Positions 19,390 through 29,149 of a DNA stretch of 64,000 bases are shown here, piece by piece. Within the stretch, counting starts at the first letter, position 1. Each line of letters begins with the position of its first letter. A program made the translations under genes and the position numbers. The notes under the pieces were generated by a model. The model ran no database searches, had not been told where the DNA came from, and was given only the letters and a program-made list of their open reading frames with translations. The stretch comes from Candidatus Thorarchaeota archaeon (lineage in GTDB: Archaea > Asgardarchaeota > Thorarchaeia > Thorarchaeales > Thorarchaeaceae), in contig JAGSHN010000023.1 in assembly GCA_029855935.1 (NCBI GenBank), positions 12,157 to 76,156 on the forward strand, in the 5' to 3' direction.

Positions 19390-20661
19390 ATGGGGAAACG
19401 GGATATCAAGAGAGCGACCACAGAATGGCGCAACAAGAGGTTCGAGGGCATCAGACGCGACATTCCCTATCATCTCATAGAGGAGATCACGACCTTGGTC
19501 GGACCGCGGCGGGCCGGGAAGACGTACTTCATGCTCCAGATCTCAAATGACCTCTTGCGTAAGTTCGGAAAGGAAGATATGGTGTATGTGGACTTTGAGG
19601 ACCCTCTGTGTCGAGTGAGCTATCCTGAGTTTCTTGACGTACTCGATGATCTCATTCCCCATCGTGGTGTCCTGTTCCTTGATGAGATACAGTCAATCGA
19701 TGACTGGCCCTCCTGGTTGCGGGGACTACACAATATGCGTCGCTTTCACATCTTCGTGTCCGGTTCGAGTTCAAGACTATTGAGCCGTGAGATCGCTACC
19801 AGTCTGCGGGGACGTAGCATCACAAGGGTGGTCTTCCCGTTCAGCCCCGGTGAGATACTCCATCACGAGGGGGCGACCGGACGACGTGCACTCGCAGCCC
19901 TTCACCGGTACCTTGAGTGGGGAGGCTTCCCACGTGTCTATCTCTCCTCGGACTCTCCGAACAGGAAAGATCTGCTGGAGTCGTATGTGGATGCCATCTT
20001 CTTCCGGGATGTGGTTGAGCGCCACCGAGTTCGTGACATCGAAGGGGCGCGCATATTCCGAAACCTGGTAATGAAGAATCTTGCCCAGATATTCTCGGTC
20101 ACAAAGGCAGCAAGATTTCTCAAGAGCATAGGTATCAGCAAGAGCAAGAAGACACTCATGGAACTGCTTGAGCTGTTCCAAGAGGCCTTCCTCATCTTCG
20201 CCCTGCCGCGCTACTCAAGATCCGCTAGGGGGATTCTCCAGATGCCCAAGAAGGTCTATCCCGTCGATGTTGGTCTGTTTCAGCCCTTCACCAGTTTTGG
20301 GGAATCCATGACTCGAAGACTGGAGTCCGTCGTTGCGATACATCTCTACAAGCAACACCTCCGCACCGGACGCCGAATATACTACTGGCAAGACCACCGG
20401 CAGAACGAGGTGGACTTCGTTGTTGAGAGCCGCAAGGGCATCGAGGAACTCATCCAGGTCTCCTATGACGTGAGTGATGAGAGGACCAGAGAGCGAGAAG
20501 AACGCTCGCTGATCAAGGCCTCAAGGGAACTCGGCTGCAAGAACCTCACGGTTGTCACTTGGGACCACACGGACACATCCGAGAGGGACGGTAGAACAAT
20601 ACAGTTCATCAGGCTTCTCGACTGGATAGTTGCGACGAAAGGCCCCAATCCGGATGCCTGA
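19390..20661 (+). CDS. AAA+ ATPase of the DUF4143 family (COG1373-like).
   Basis: Walker A is GPRRAGKTY. Walker B is in the VLFLDEIQ region. The C-terminal module YYWQDHRQNEVDFVVE is restriction-endonuclease-like and typical of DUF4143. The ORF is open from 19333, and the ATG at 19390 (MGKRDIKR) is the likely start. Confidence 0.85.
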   Translation: MGKRDIKRATTEWRNKRFEGIRRDIPYHLIEEITTLVGPRRAGKTYFMLQISNDLLRKFGKEDMVYVDFEDPLCRVSYPEFLDVLDDLIPHRGVLFLDEIQSIDDWPSWLRGLHNMRRFHIFVSGSSSRLLSREIATSLRGRSITRVVFPFSPGEILHHEGATGRRALAALHRYLEWGGFPRVYLSSDSPNRKDLLESYVDAIFFRDVVERHRVRDIEGARIFRNLVMKNLAQIFSVTKAARFLKSIGISKSKKTLMELLELFQEAFLIFALPRYSRSARGILQMPKKVYPVDVGLFQPFTSFGESMTRRLESVVAIHLYKQHLRTGRRIYYWQDHRQNEVDFVVESRKGIEELIQVSYDVSDERTREREERSLIKASRELGCKNLTVVTWDHTDTSERDGRTIQFIRLLDWIVATKGPNPDA

Positions 20662-22426
20662 GGAGTCCGTCATATTTGCCAGATCGCACTCACCCAGGCG
20701 TTCGCCTTCTCAACCCGTCCGCCCTGTAGCAAAAGCGATCCGGACAGCACTATCACAGGCGCCACACCTTGCCTACCGACCTACCACCACCGAGTTGACG
20801 ATTTTTCGAAAAGCCGATGTCCCGAGGGTCTTTGATTTTCAATCATTCTATTTTTTCTTCATTTCATTTCCTAAAGTGAATCTACTACAAATCTTCCGCT
20901 GCTCGGTCCTCTGCCTACCATTCCACGGCCCTCTCTTATTGTCCCTCTTTTCACAAACGTCTATTCCAGTTATGGCTCCCTAAGTGCCCCTTGGTGAGAT
21001 GCACCATGCGATCAGCTGACCTCTGTCACCAGCGAGAGAGTCAAATCTGCGGCATACCCACATACCGTGTTATAGGGTCTGCGAGATCAGAAAGTGGTGA
21101 AATAAGGGGGATTGACCTCGCCCGAAGCTAGCAGTACACACATCGCGAGTATGGAAGAGCGCGTGTCCCCCAGACTCGCCCCCCATCCATATTCAAGAAC
21201 CGAATACAGACAAATGGATTCCATCTACTCAGAACAGGAAAAATCTAATGCGACCGTAATATGATAGATTCGGGCCACGCTATGTGACGTATGACGCAAA
21301 TACAAGTTCCTCGAATGCCGCAACTGTATGGGGACCATGAGGCAAGTCTATCAATCTACGGTTTCATAAAATACTGTATTAAGGAAGGTGTGCGGGAAAA
21401 CTGTTGTCGAAAAATCGAAAGGATGTGAGTGATAGAATGATCATCAAGTAGCAAGGAATGGACCATAGACAAGTGAATAGCAACCGTAACGTGTGAGAGT
21501 ACACTTTCTCACTAGTGATAATCGAACGCCTGAAATACGCATTGAGAAGATGCGTATAGCCACGGGCTCGGTGAAATTTCCGAGGCCTAGGGAGGAACGG
21601 GAAATAGACTATGACTAGACGTGGCACACGACTTAGCATCGGCGATCAGAAACCAAAGAAATCCATATGGAAGTCTATTGTGACGAAATCATAGGAAGTA
21701 AGGACAAAGGAACTTGGGGCGAATGGATATATCCAGGAGCGCTACTTGTACCGGTTGACATAAGAAAAACGCTGTTACAAGAATTGCTGAATCGGCGATG
21801 TATGTGATTCAAATCGTGGAATCGTACCGAGGAATCATGTCCTCACAAATGTGGATATTCTCCCTGACCATTCATCAGTTGTCATAGATACAATCTATCA
21901 CGACAGGGGTAGTCAACAATCACACAAACACTTTCCATGGCATACTCCACAAAAGTTGGATAATTTCGAAATTGGAATATTGGTTACAACAAAGAAGATA
22001 TAGTACTTGTTGACTCGGATCATTGAAAATACAACGTCGGTGACATAGAAGATTTGCATGAACAATCTCAATTCATCCAATTTGTTGATTTAGTCCTTGG
22101 TTCCGGTGATACCTGTTTGCTTGCCTTATCTACTCGACGAGAAAAACCGAACTCGCTCAGATAATTTTGCCGTTGCTACAGGAAATGATGAGAGCCCCTA
22201 GAGATAAACACAGCAGATTTCACTATTATGGCCGACAACAAATACAATTCATCCCAAAAGGACAATATCAAGCAACTGAAAATGAGTGGGTTCAGACAAC
22301 AATTGATGGGAACATTAGTGAAAAACAACCTTCCCAAAGTCAATTCTACTCAAATCGGCCAATTCTACTGAAAGCAGACGTGAAACAACATCCTCCCGAC
22401 TTCTTGAGTAAAGAATAGTCACATAC

Positions 22427-23110
22427 TCATCGTGGTGTAATTACGCAGAATATACTCGACCTGTCAACTTCTACAATGCTGACATCGGCGTCAAGATCAC
22501 GAGTCAGCGAGCGAAACATTGCAGGCGTCACGGTTGTAGCAACAAAACCATCTCTACACACAATCGTACCATTAGAGGTCCGCGTGTGGTCGATCTCCCC
22601 CAGCAGTCCCTCTTCTGACTGTCGCTCAAACCATTCGAGTCGATGTTCCCAGAACTCGTCGGAATAGCTTGAGAACAAGACGGTCCCGCCGGATCGCGTG
22701 ACTCGCACAGCCTCCTTGATGAGTCGTTGCCGACAGACTCCAAAGGCAGAGATCCCGTTCTGGATACAGGCAGTAATGTCAAAACATCCGTCTGGAAACG
22801 CAAGAGAGAGCGCGTCCATTGCGGCAACATCACAAGCGGGGGTGTGAATCGTTGGAACGTACCGTCTTGCAAGTTCGAGGCTCGGCAGAGAAATGTCGAT
22901 ACCTACGACTCTTGCATGGGATTGAACAAGTTCTGCAAGCACACGACCATAGCCGCAGCCAAGTTCGAGGATCGTGTCACCAGAACGTACGTACGACTTG
23001 ACGTGGTTAATCTCACTCTGAAGGTATCGTTGCACCCGTGGAGAGGCGATCTCATAGCAACGCCTGAGTCTTGCTCCCGACAGATTATCGACATAGTATT
23101 CTCCGCTCAA
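22427..23110 (-). CDS. Class I SAM-dependent methyltransferase.
   Basis: Motif I is ILELGCGYGRV and motif II is VVGIDIS. The size (227 aa) fits a small-molecule or RNA methyltransferase. No DPPY/NPPW DNA-methyltransferase motif is present. Confidence 0.85.
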   Translation of the reverse strand: MSGEYYVDNLSGARLRRCYEIASPRVQRYLQSEINHVKSYVRSGDTILELGCGYGRVLAELVQSHARVVGIDISLPSLELARRYVPTIHTPACDVAAMDALSLAFPDGCFDITACIQNGISAFGVCRQRLIKEAVRVTRSGGTVLFSSYSDEFWEHRLEWFERQSEEGLLGEIDHTRTSNGTIVCRDGFVATTVTPAMFRSLTRDLDADVSIVEVDRSSIFCVITPR

Positions 23111-23738
23111 TAGGCCTGCACCTCATTGATCATAATCTTATGTCATCAACTAAAAACTATGTGAAGCCATATTTGCGTCGCCAAGACACATCAGGAGCGA
23201 ATCGAGTTGTCCTGCAGGGCTTGAATGAAAGTCCATATCAGATCAATACCGGAAGCAGTCTGTGCTCTTTCAGCGTCACTCGCCATCACGTGTGTGTTAG
23301 AAACGATCCTGCAGATTGGTGGATGTATTTGGTAGAAAAGGCAGGAGTTCGTGTCTGTAAGTCGCAGGATAGAGCACCAGGTACCTCAAATGTCGCGTAC
23401 TCGTTTCAACACTCTTCGAGTCAGTAGGTAGAGCAAGCCCAATGAGCACATACACTCGGAAATCTGCATAGAGGTCAATCTTCGCAACTCTGCCAACTTG
23501 AAGAAAGCCGTTGAAACGACAGTCTCAAACACCCACATAACAATGTCAATCAAAACAGAATGGGGGATGTCTATGGTAGACACTGGATAACATAGGATGA
23601 TGTAGCTAACTTAATCCCTTCGGCCCTCCTTTGAAAGACGTGCAATACTACAGCCGTGGTGCTCCTGACCTGGTCACTTCGACGTATGTATGGCTTTAGA
23701 CCAATGGGCCTAAGGGAATTCCTACCTGCCAAGTAACA

Positions 23739-24854
23739 CTATCCTCCAACACCTACGCGTCTGCGCCCGAGATATTCATCGCAGTTTCCTTGTTCGCATT
23801 CAGAGTGTTGTTGACAACTGAGCAATTGATTCTGCTGCTCTTGCGACCTGTACTCAATTTGCCAACGATCCTGCTCGAACTTGAGAAATGTCAGCACATC
23901 TATGACTTCTGGTCTGTCGGAAGGTTCTTCAAACAAGCCCACAACAACATAGCCTATAACCTTCCTGAGCACGCATTCTACTCTGTGTATGCTAACTCCT
24001 TCTAGTTTGACCGCCTTGATTATGCGTATTGCGAATTCAGCAAGCAACCGAACCAACCTTCTTGAGGAGCCTTCTTGGCGACCACGGTCAAACGACATTC
24101 TGCCGTCAGAAATACACTCTACTGCCATTCTGTGTGAACGGTTGTCCGAACCGATCTCTGTGGAATGGTGCAACATTCTTTCATCGACTGAAGAACATAG
24201 GTCGTGCTGCCAGCCACATTCAACAATCGAGGATTTGCTGGGCACGGTCAGCTGTCTGATATCACTTTCGGAAGAGTGTCTAGACTTGTTCCCAATGGAA
24301 ACGCCTACCATCGCAGCGCTTCTACAGTCATCAGCTGGAGGAGGAATCTCGCCAGCATCGTCTATCCACTGGGCAAGAAAGACCAGCAACAAGACAAGAG
24401 CTACTGCAACCCTCAGAGCCGTTTCGCCGCCTTCTTGTTGCATTCGCCATAGAAACTCATTGGTCAAGGCGACTATCTCGTCCTTCGACGGAATATGCCC
24501 GATCTGACATGCCTCCACCGCGTCCGCAGCCAATCGAGCTAGCGAGCTTTGATTCATTGAACGAAGAAATTCCACTACGTCTTGGGGGGTGCGGAGGGTC
24601 GGCACCGTGTCAACGGTGTCCGGGGAGAAAAAGAAATGTTGAATAAGACCACTGTCAGGTTGGCAACCTTCATCCAGCAGATGCAATATGTGTGTAGCAA
24701 TGCGACGCACTTGTTCCGGACGCATACCCTTGAGCGGGATGGGAAAGTTCTGTGGATGCACCTCTCTCAGGAGTTGCTCGGCTATTTCAAAGACAGCCAT
24801 CGCCTCAGAAGAAATCTCTGGTAGAGAGCTTGTTTCGTCCTTGAATATACTCAC
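23739..24854 (-). CDS. Hypothetical protein (371 aa).
   Basis: It is the longest ORF in the region, with helical segments and protein-like composition (e.g. LVRLLAEFAIRIIKAVKLEGVSIHRVECVLRKVIGYVVVGLFEEPSD). No domain recognised. The opposite-strand ORFs look less protein-like. Confidence 0.45.
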   Translation of the reverse strand: MSIFKDETSSLPEISSEAMAVFEIAEQLLREVHPQNFPIPLKGMRPEQVRRIATHILHLLDEGCQPDSGLIQHFFFSPDTVDTVPTLRTPQDVVEFLRSMNQSSLARLAADAVEACQIGHIPSKDEIVALTNEFLWRMQQEGGETALRVAVALVLLLVFLAQWIDDAGEIPPPADDCRSAAMVGVSIGNKSRHSSESDIRQLTVPSKSSIVECGWQHDLCSSVDERMLHHSTEIGSDNRSHRMAVECISDGRMSFDRGRQEGSSRRLVRLLAEFAIRIIKAVKLEGVSIHRVECVLRKVIGYVVVGLFEEPSDRPEVIDVLTFLKFEQDRWQIEYRSQEQQNQLLSCQQHSECEQGNCDEYLGRRRVGVGG

Positions 24855-25661
24855 TAGGAACTACTCCTCTGTCTTTTACTACTATCCTCATAATGGCTGA
24901 ACTATATATACCCCGTCAGGAGCAGAGCAGAAGATCTATGCTCATTCATCTGGGGCCTCGGGGGGAGATTGCTACTGTATTTGGCTGTTCATCTCTTCAT
25001 ATCACGCTCGGGGCAATGACTTGATTTGTGCGCGTATTCATTATCGGCTCTGGCAATTGAGAGTTCGTACTGTCTGCGCATACGCCTCTGCAATGCCCTA
25101 CGATGAGAACATAGCGACAATTTTCATCTCAAGTCGACGGATGAATCTCTTATAGAAAGGAGGCTAATTCCCCCAGATTGGGGCAACTCGAGCCTTGACT
25201 CCTTGATAGCTAGCTACTAGATAGCCCAACAAGAGTCCGGAGGCGTGGGACTATATCCCTCATCCTATGTTCATCTCCGCTGACCGAATGTATGACACCG
25301 TGGACCTCAAATCGCCATCCGCGCTCGCCCAGCGGGATGGCCCAGCACAGCTCTTCAGAATATGAGATCGACAAGCCAGAGACGAATGACTATCTCAAGT
25401 TGAGCCTCCAAGGGCTATGCTCTTCTGATGCTGACCGAACAGAATCGTGACCATATCCACAAGAGGACAAGAGCTAATGAGCCTTGCAGTCCAATCTCTC
25501 AGCCTTGATAGTCACAATGGTAGTAGTGGCTCTTGAAGGCGCGTGAATGTTACCAGTTCGTCGAGAGGAGTAGGCCAAATATCTTGTTCGGACGTGTCTT
25601 CGAACGAGTACCCGTGAGGAAAGAAGAGAGAATACGCAAAGAGGAACAATCCATTGCGGCC

Positions 25662-26258
25662 CTAGGAGTTGCGGGAAGATCTCAACAGACTCACTGACTC
25701 AAGCACCTTTCTAATCCATTGCTTCGAGTACTTTTGTTTGAGTGCTGCTACTATGTCAACAATCGTGTCAAAGTCGCGTTCGTTGAACACTCTCTTCACA
25801 AACAGCGCTGTGGCAATCACTGACAGCTGTGTTGCGGTATATGATCCAAACTCCTCGACTAGCGTATCAATCACCTTCATTTCATTTTCGGCTAGGAAAC
25901 TAGCGAGCTCGGCTTCTCTCTTAGGAGAAATGAAATACCCCTTGTCAGAGTCCCACAAGATCCTAAGCCATCCCATTGCCTGAGCCAAGTTGGTAAAACT
26001 TGTCACCTTCGGAGAGTATGGTCCGTAGTGATACAGCGAATACCCAAGGTCCGTGCCGCCCTTCGCATCAAACAAGTACATTAGTTTCTGGATTTTTGTT
26101 CTCCCTATTTGCTTGTCAGGATGTCTTGCATATAATTTCCTTACGAGATAGTAGACCAGAGCAGGACCCTTTAGCAGACTCTTCATCTCTTCACAGACCT
26201 CCAGTATCCCTTGCTCGTTCCAGATCAGACGCATTGACATAGATTCTCGTCTTTGCAT
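25662..26258 (-). CDS. Panacea-domain (DUF4065/SocA-like) protein.
   Basis: TKIQKLMYLFDAKGGTDLGYSLYHYGPYSPKV matches the Panacea core (KLQKLLY...GPYSP). The start is uncertain (M at 26258 or 26240). It overlaps the 3' end of the upstream HD gene by 50-68 nt. Confidence 0.65.
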   Translation of the reverse strand: MQRRESMSMRLIWNEQGILEVCEEMKSLLKGPALVYYLVRKLYARHPDKQIGRTKIQKLMYLFDAKGGTDLGYSLYHYGPYSPKVTSFTNLAQAMGWLRILWDSDKGYFISPKREAELASFLAENEMKVIDTLVEEFGSYTATQLSVIATALFVKRVFNERDFDTIVDIVAALKQKYSKQWIRKVLESVSLLRSSRNS

Positions 26259-27447
26259 ATTTGCCTTGTAGTGCTTCCACTATGGGGGAATACGTTGAGA
26301 GAGGATAAATACGCCCCTCTTCTTTCTGAATGACCTGAATCTCTTCATTCTCAAGCCCATACCAAGTATTCATCTCTCTAAGACTATCCTCCCAGTACCA
26401 TATTCCGTTTGCGGAGAGCTTTGACTTCAGCCTGCTCAGCCTATCCTGTTCTTCTGATTGTATGCAAAGACCCCTTGTTTCATATAGAACTCGGGGGTGG
26501 TCTCTATTAATGATTCTTGTTAGTTCATCTTGCGCCTCTTGTCTCATGAGCTCCCACGCTGAGTAGTCATCAATCATCAGGAAGTCTTGGATGTCCTTTG
26601 GCGATGGAAGTTGGACTATTGCTTGTTTCAGTGCCTGTTGAAGAAGGTAGTCATATGCTCGTCGAGTTTTGTGACAATACACTTGGGTGAACATATGGTA
26701 CCTAGAAATAAGCAATGACTCCGCAATGTGCCATCCACCCTTCCTTACGCCAAGAACAACATCGCCGGTCTCAGGATCGACACCAAGTCCAAGAGTAACA
26801 ACTAGTCGCTCCAAGTCATAGATGCCATACTTGACTCCTGCGTGCAGAGAGTCTCTCAGGAGGTAGTCACATCGGTCGGCATCAAGCTGACTTGATATCA
26901 GAACCTTCCAAAATAGTCTTCCCTTGAGCCTCTTGGGGTTCCCGATTATCAAGTCTGCTATTTCTTCAGATTGGATTCCGTAGTTCTGGTTCAAGGGATG
27001 GTCTTCGATGACTTGCTTCAGTGGTCCATTGATGATTGAGACAGTATAGTCTTCGTGCTTATACTGCCTTCCAGTGGTCGGATTCGTTTGCATCAGTTCC
27101 TCGGACGCGTGAGAGAATGGCGGATGCCCCAGATCGTGAAGAAGCCCAGCAAGACGAACAATCTGGCGGTCCCTCTTGAAGCCAGCCTCCTCGTAGTCTA
27201 GATTGTCCCGAAGTATTCTCCTATTTTCTTCGTTTCCTATAATCGAGTCATACATTCGCGTTATCAGACGCATGACCCCGAGTGAATGTTCAAACCTAGT
27301 ATGAGTTGCACCAGGATACACCATGTCCGTCAGACCAAGCTGGCGTATTCTCCTAAGTCGCTGAATAGATGGGTGTGCTATGATCTCCTTTTCCCACTCA
27401 TTGAACTTCACGAAGCCGTATACTGGGTCTCGAACCTCGAACTTCAT
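26191..27447 (-). CDS. HD-domain phosphohydrolase, dGTPase/SAMHD1-like dNTP triphosphohydrolase family (COG1078).
   Basis: HTRFEHSLGV...LLHDLGHPPFSH...DADRCDYLLRDS are the canonical HD motifs of this family. The ORF is open to 27507, but the family consensus begins at MKFEVRDPVYGFV (27447). Confidence 0.85.
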   Translation of the reverse strand: MKFEVRDPVYGFVKFNEWEKEIIAHPSIQRLRRIRQLGLTDMVYPGATHTRFEHSLGVMRLITRMYDSIIGNEENRRILRDNLDYEEAGFKRDRQIVRLAGLLHDLGHPPFSHASEELMQTNPTTGRQYKHEDYTVSIINGPLKQVIEDHPLNQNYGIQSEEIADLIIGNPKRLKGRLFWKVLISSQLDADRCDYLLRDSLHAGVKYGIYDLERLVVTLGLGVDPETGDVVLGVRKGGWHIAESLLISRYHMFTQVYCHKTRRAYDYLLQQALKQAIVQLPSPKDIQDFLMIDDYSAWELMRQEAQDELTRIINRDHPRVLYETRGLCIQSEEQDRLSRLKSKLSANGIWYWEDSLREMNTWYGLENEEIQVIQKEEGRIYPLSTYSPIVEALQGKYAKTRIYVNASDLERARDTGGL

Positions 27448-28669
27448 CACGATATCCACACCCCAGCGCCACACTTCTTCACGTTGCGATATGTGCCCCG
27501 ATTGCAATACGGAATAAATGAGGATGAAATTCCAGACAAACAGAGAACAAGATCAGAATCACTTCTTGAGCCCTGACGTTCGCAAGATGGTCGTATTCCA
27601 ATCCAATTCCAAAACGTGAAACTCACAGGTGATGTATGGCCCTCTCTTTTGGCAGCCCGTTCGGCTACGCCAGTTCGTACGAGCACCGTATTCTTCGTGA
27701 TTGACGTCATGGTCACTGTTCGCATACTCCCCAAGATTCGTTGTCAGCCCACTTTCCCGCTCGAATGAGCAGAATACAGGGTACGAACACCATATGAATA
27801 CTTGTGCGATCCTGGCAGCCAGTTGAGGGAATCCGCAACTCTTCTATTTCAATCCACTGTCAAGAAAACGGCTGGGGCTACAATGACACGGTCCCGACCA
27901 CGAACCGCAGTCAAGCCCTCCATTGCCTGAGGGCCTAATAGTGACTCCGAAATTGATGCTGCGCACAACAAGATGACTGACCAAACAATCTCCCAGAGGG
28001 GGTATCGTTGCCTGTGGTCCGAGGAGCAAAGTTGCTATCACAACGAAAGCTCAGTGTGGCTGTAGCTGAGCTACTCAACCCGATCTACCTTACGAATCGT
28101 ATGCACACGGGCATTGCCATATCCTTCCTAGACCGAGCGTTCCGCCTAGCAGATTTCGGTAGCGGGTCGAAGTACCTCTCGGCTACTCCAAGCGTATCGG
28201 GGAGCAAACGTGCATAACCACCGGACTTCGTTCATTCCTGTTCAAGCGCAGCAATGGTGTCATCGTCAAACTCTTTGACATCATCGGAGAACCCAAGAAG
28301 GCTGCAAGCCTAGCGCTCCCAGCTTCCACAACGTGTTTCTTCCTGCTTGAGCCAACCGTTCACGTAGGCAGTTCAATTATTGACGAGAGTAAGCAACAGC
28401 ACCGCCTGCCCACAGGTCAACAGAGTTGAAAAGTAGCTGGATAGCAAAGACATCCGAGCGCTTTGATAGGCTCAGCCCACATAGGGGCTTGAGAAGAATG
28501 CCCGTATTGCCAGAAATCACCAAGCCCCTGGGAATTGGATAGACACAGACGCTCGACTGCTAGCCAAGTCACATCAACTGCAAGACAGCCAAGGAATGGG
28601 TGAAGGCGCAGGTAGAACTATGGGAGTTTTGTCACCATAGGCGAGACATCAGAAACAAACGTTGATTGT

Positions 28670-29149
28670 CTAGCCAATCAACGTGAATCCGTCAAAGATA
28701 CTGCAGCCGCAAGGTACTATCCGCAAAGGGAAACTAGGCGTTCCCAGAATCCTCTTTACCAGAGACAAGTTATTCGCAACAAAATCGCATATGTTCTGTG
28801 GGAGAACCAATATGTGACGGTAGTTGGGATTTCTCACGCCCATGCAGTCCAGCAACCCACCAAGAAATCCTTCAGTTTCCTTGAACTTGCTATCAAGACT
28901 GCGGATGGCTTCAGAAAAGGTTGATTCCTCAGCAATGTTCTTGAGTTCCACCAGGAATGCGGTGCATTTGTCATCCTCGAACATAACGTAGACTACATCG
29001 CAATGGGCCAAGTGCATTCTCCCAAGTTCCGCGTACTTCTCGAAGTTGAGAACCAGAAAGGGCAGACCGCCCTTGAGGATGATTTTGCAGTCATTCTCTT
29101 CATACTCGGCTTCCATTCTCGGCCCATTCGTCGTCCCCGGCACGTTCAT
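28670..29149 (-). CDS. Small protein with a PD-(D/E)xK-like nuclease motif, the putative partner of the upstream ATPase.
   Basis: HCDVVYVMFEDDKCTAFLVELKN contains D-hydrophobic-strand ... E-L-K. It is 159 aa, and its start overlaps the stop of the 29100-30833 ATPase. Confidence 0.4.
   Translation of the reverse strand: MNVPGTTNGPRMEAEYEENDCKIILKGGLPFLVLNFEKYAELGRMHLAHCDVVYVMFEDDKCTAFLVELKNIAEESTFSEAIRSLDSKFKETEGFLGGLLDCMGVRNPNYRHILVLPQNICDFVANNLSLVKRILGTPSFPLRIVPCGCSIFDGFTLIG

Noticed and set aside
20662-22426. CRISPR array or integrated element with att sites in the AT-rich gap
   Set aside because: I found no regularly spaced direct repeats of 25-40 nt. No tRNA gene and no integrase ORF flank the tract.
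23989-24507. 172-aa plus-strand ORF antisense to the 23739-24854 gene
   Set aside because: It has a lower-complexity S/C/R-rich translation and lies entirely inside the more protein-like minus-strand ORF. It is treated as an antisense artefact.
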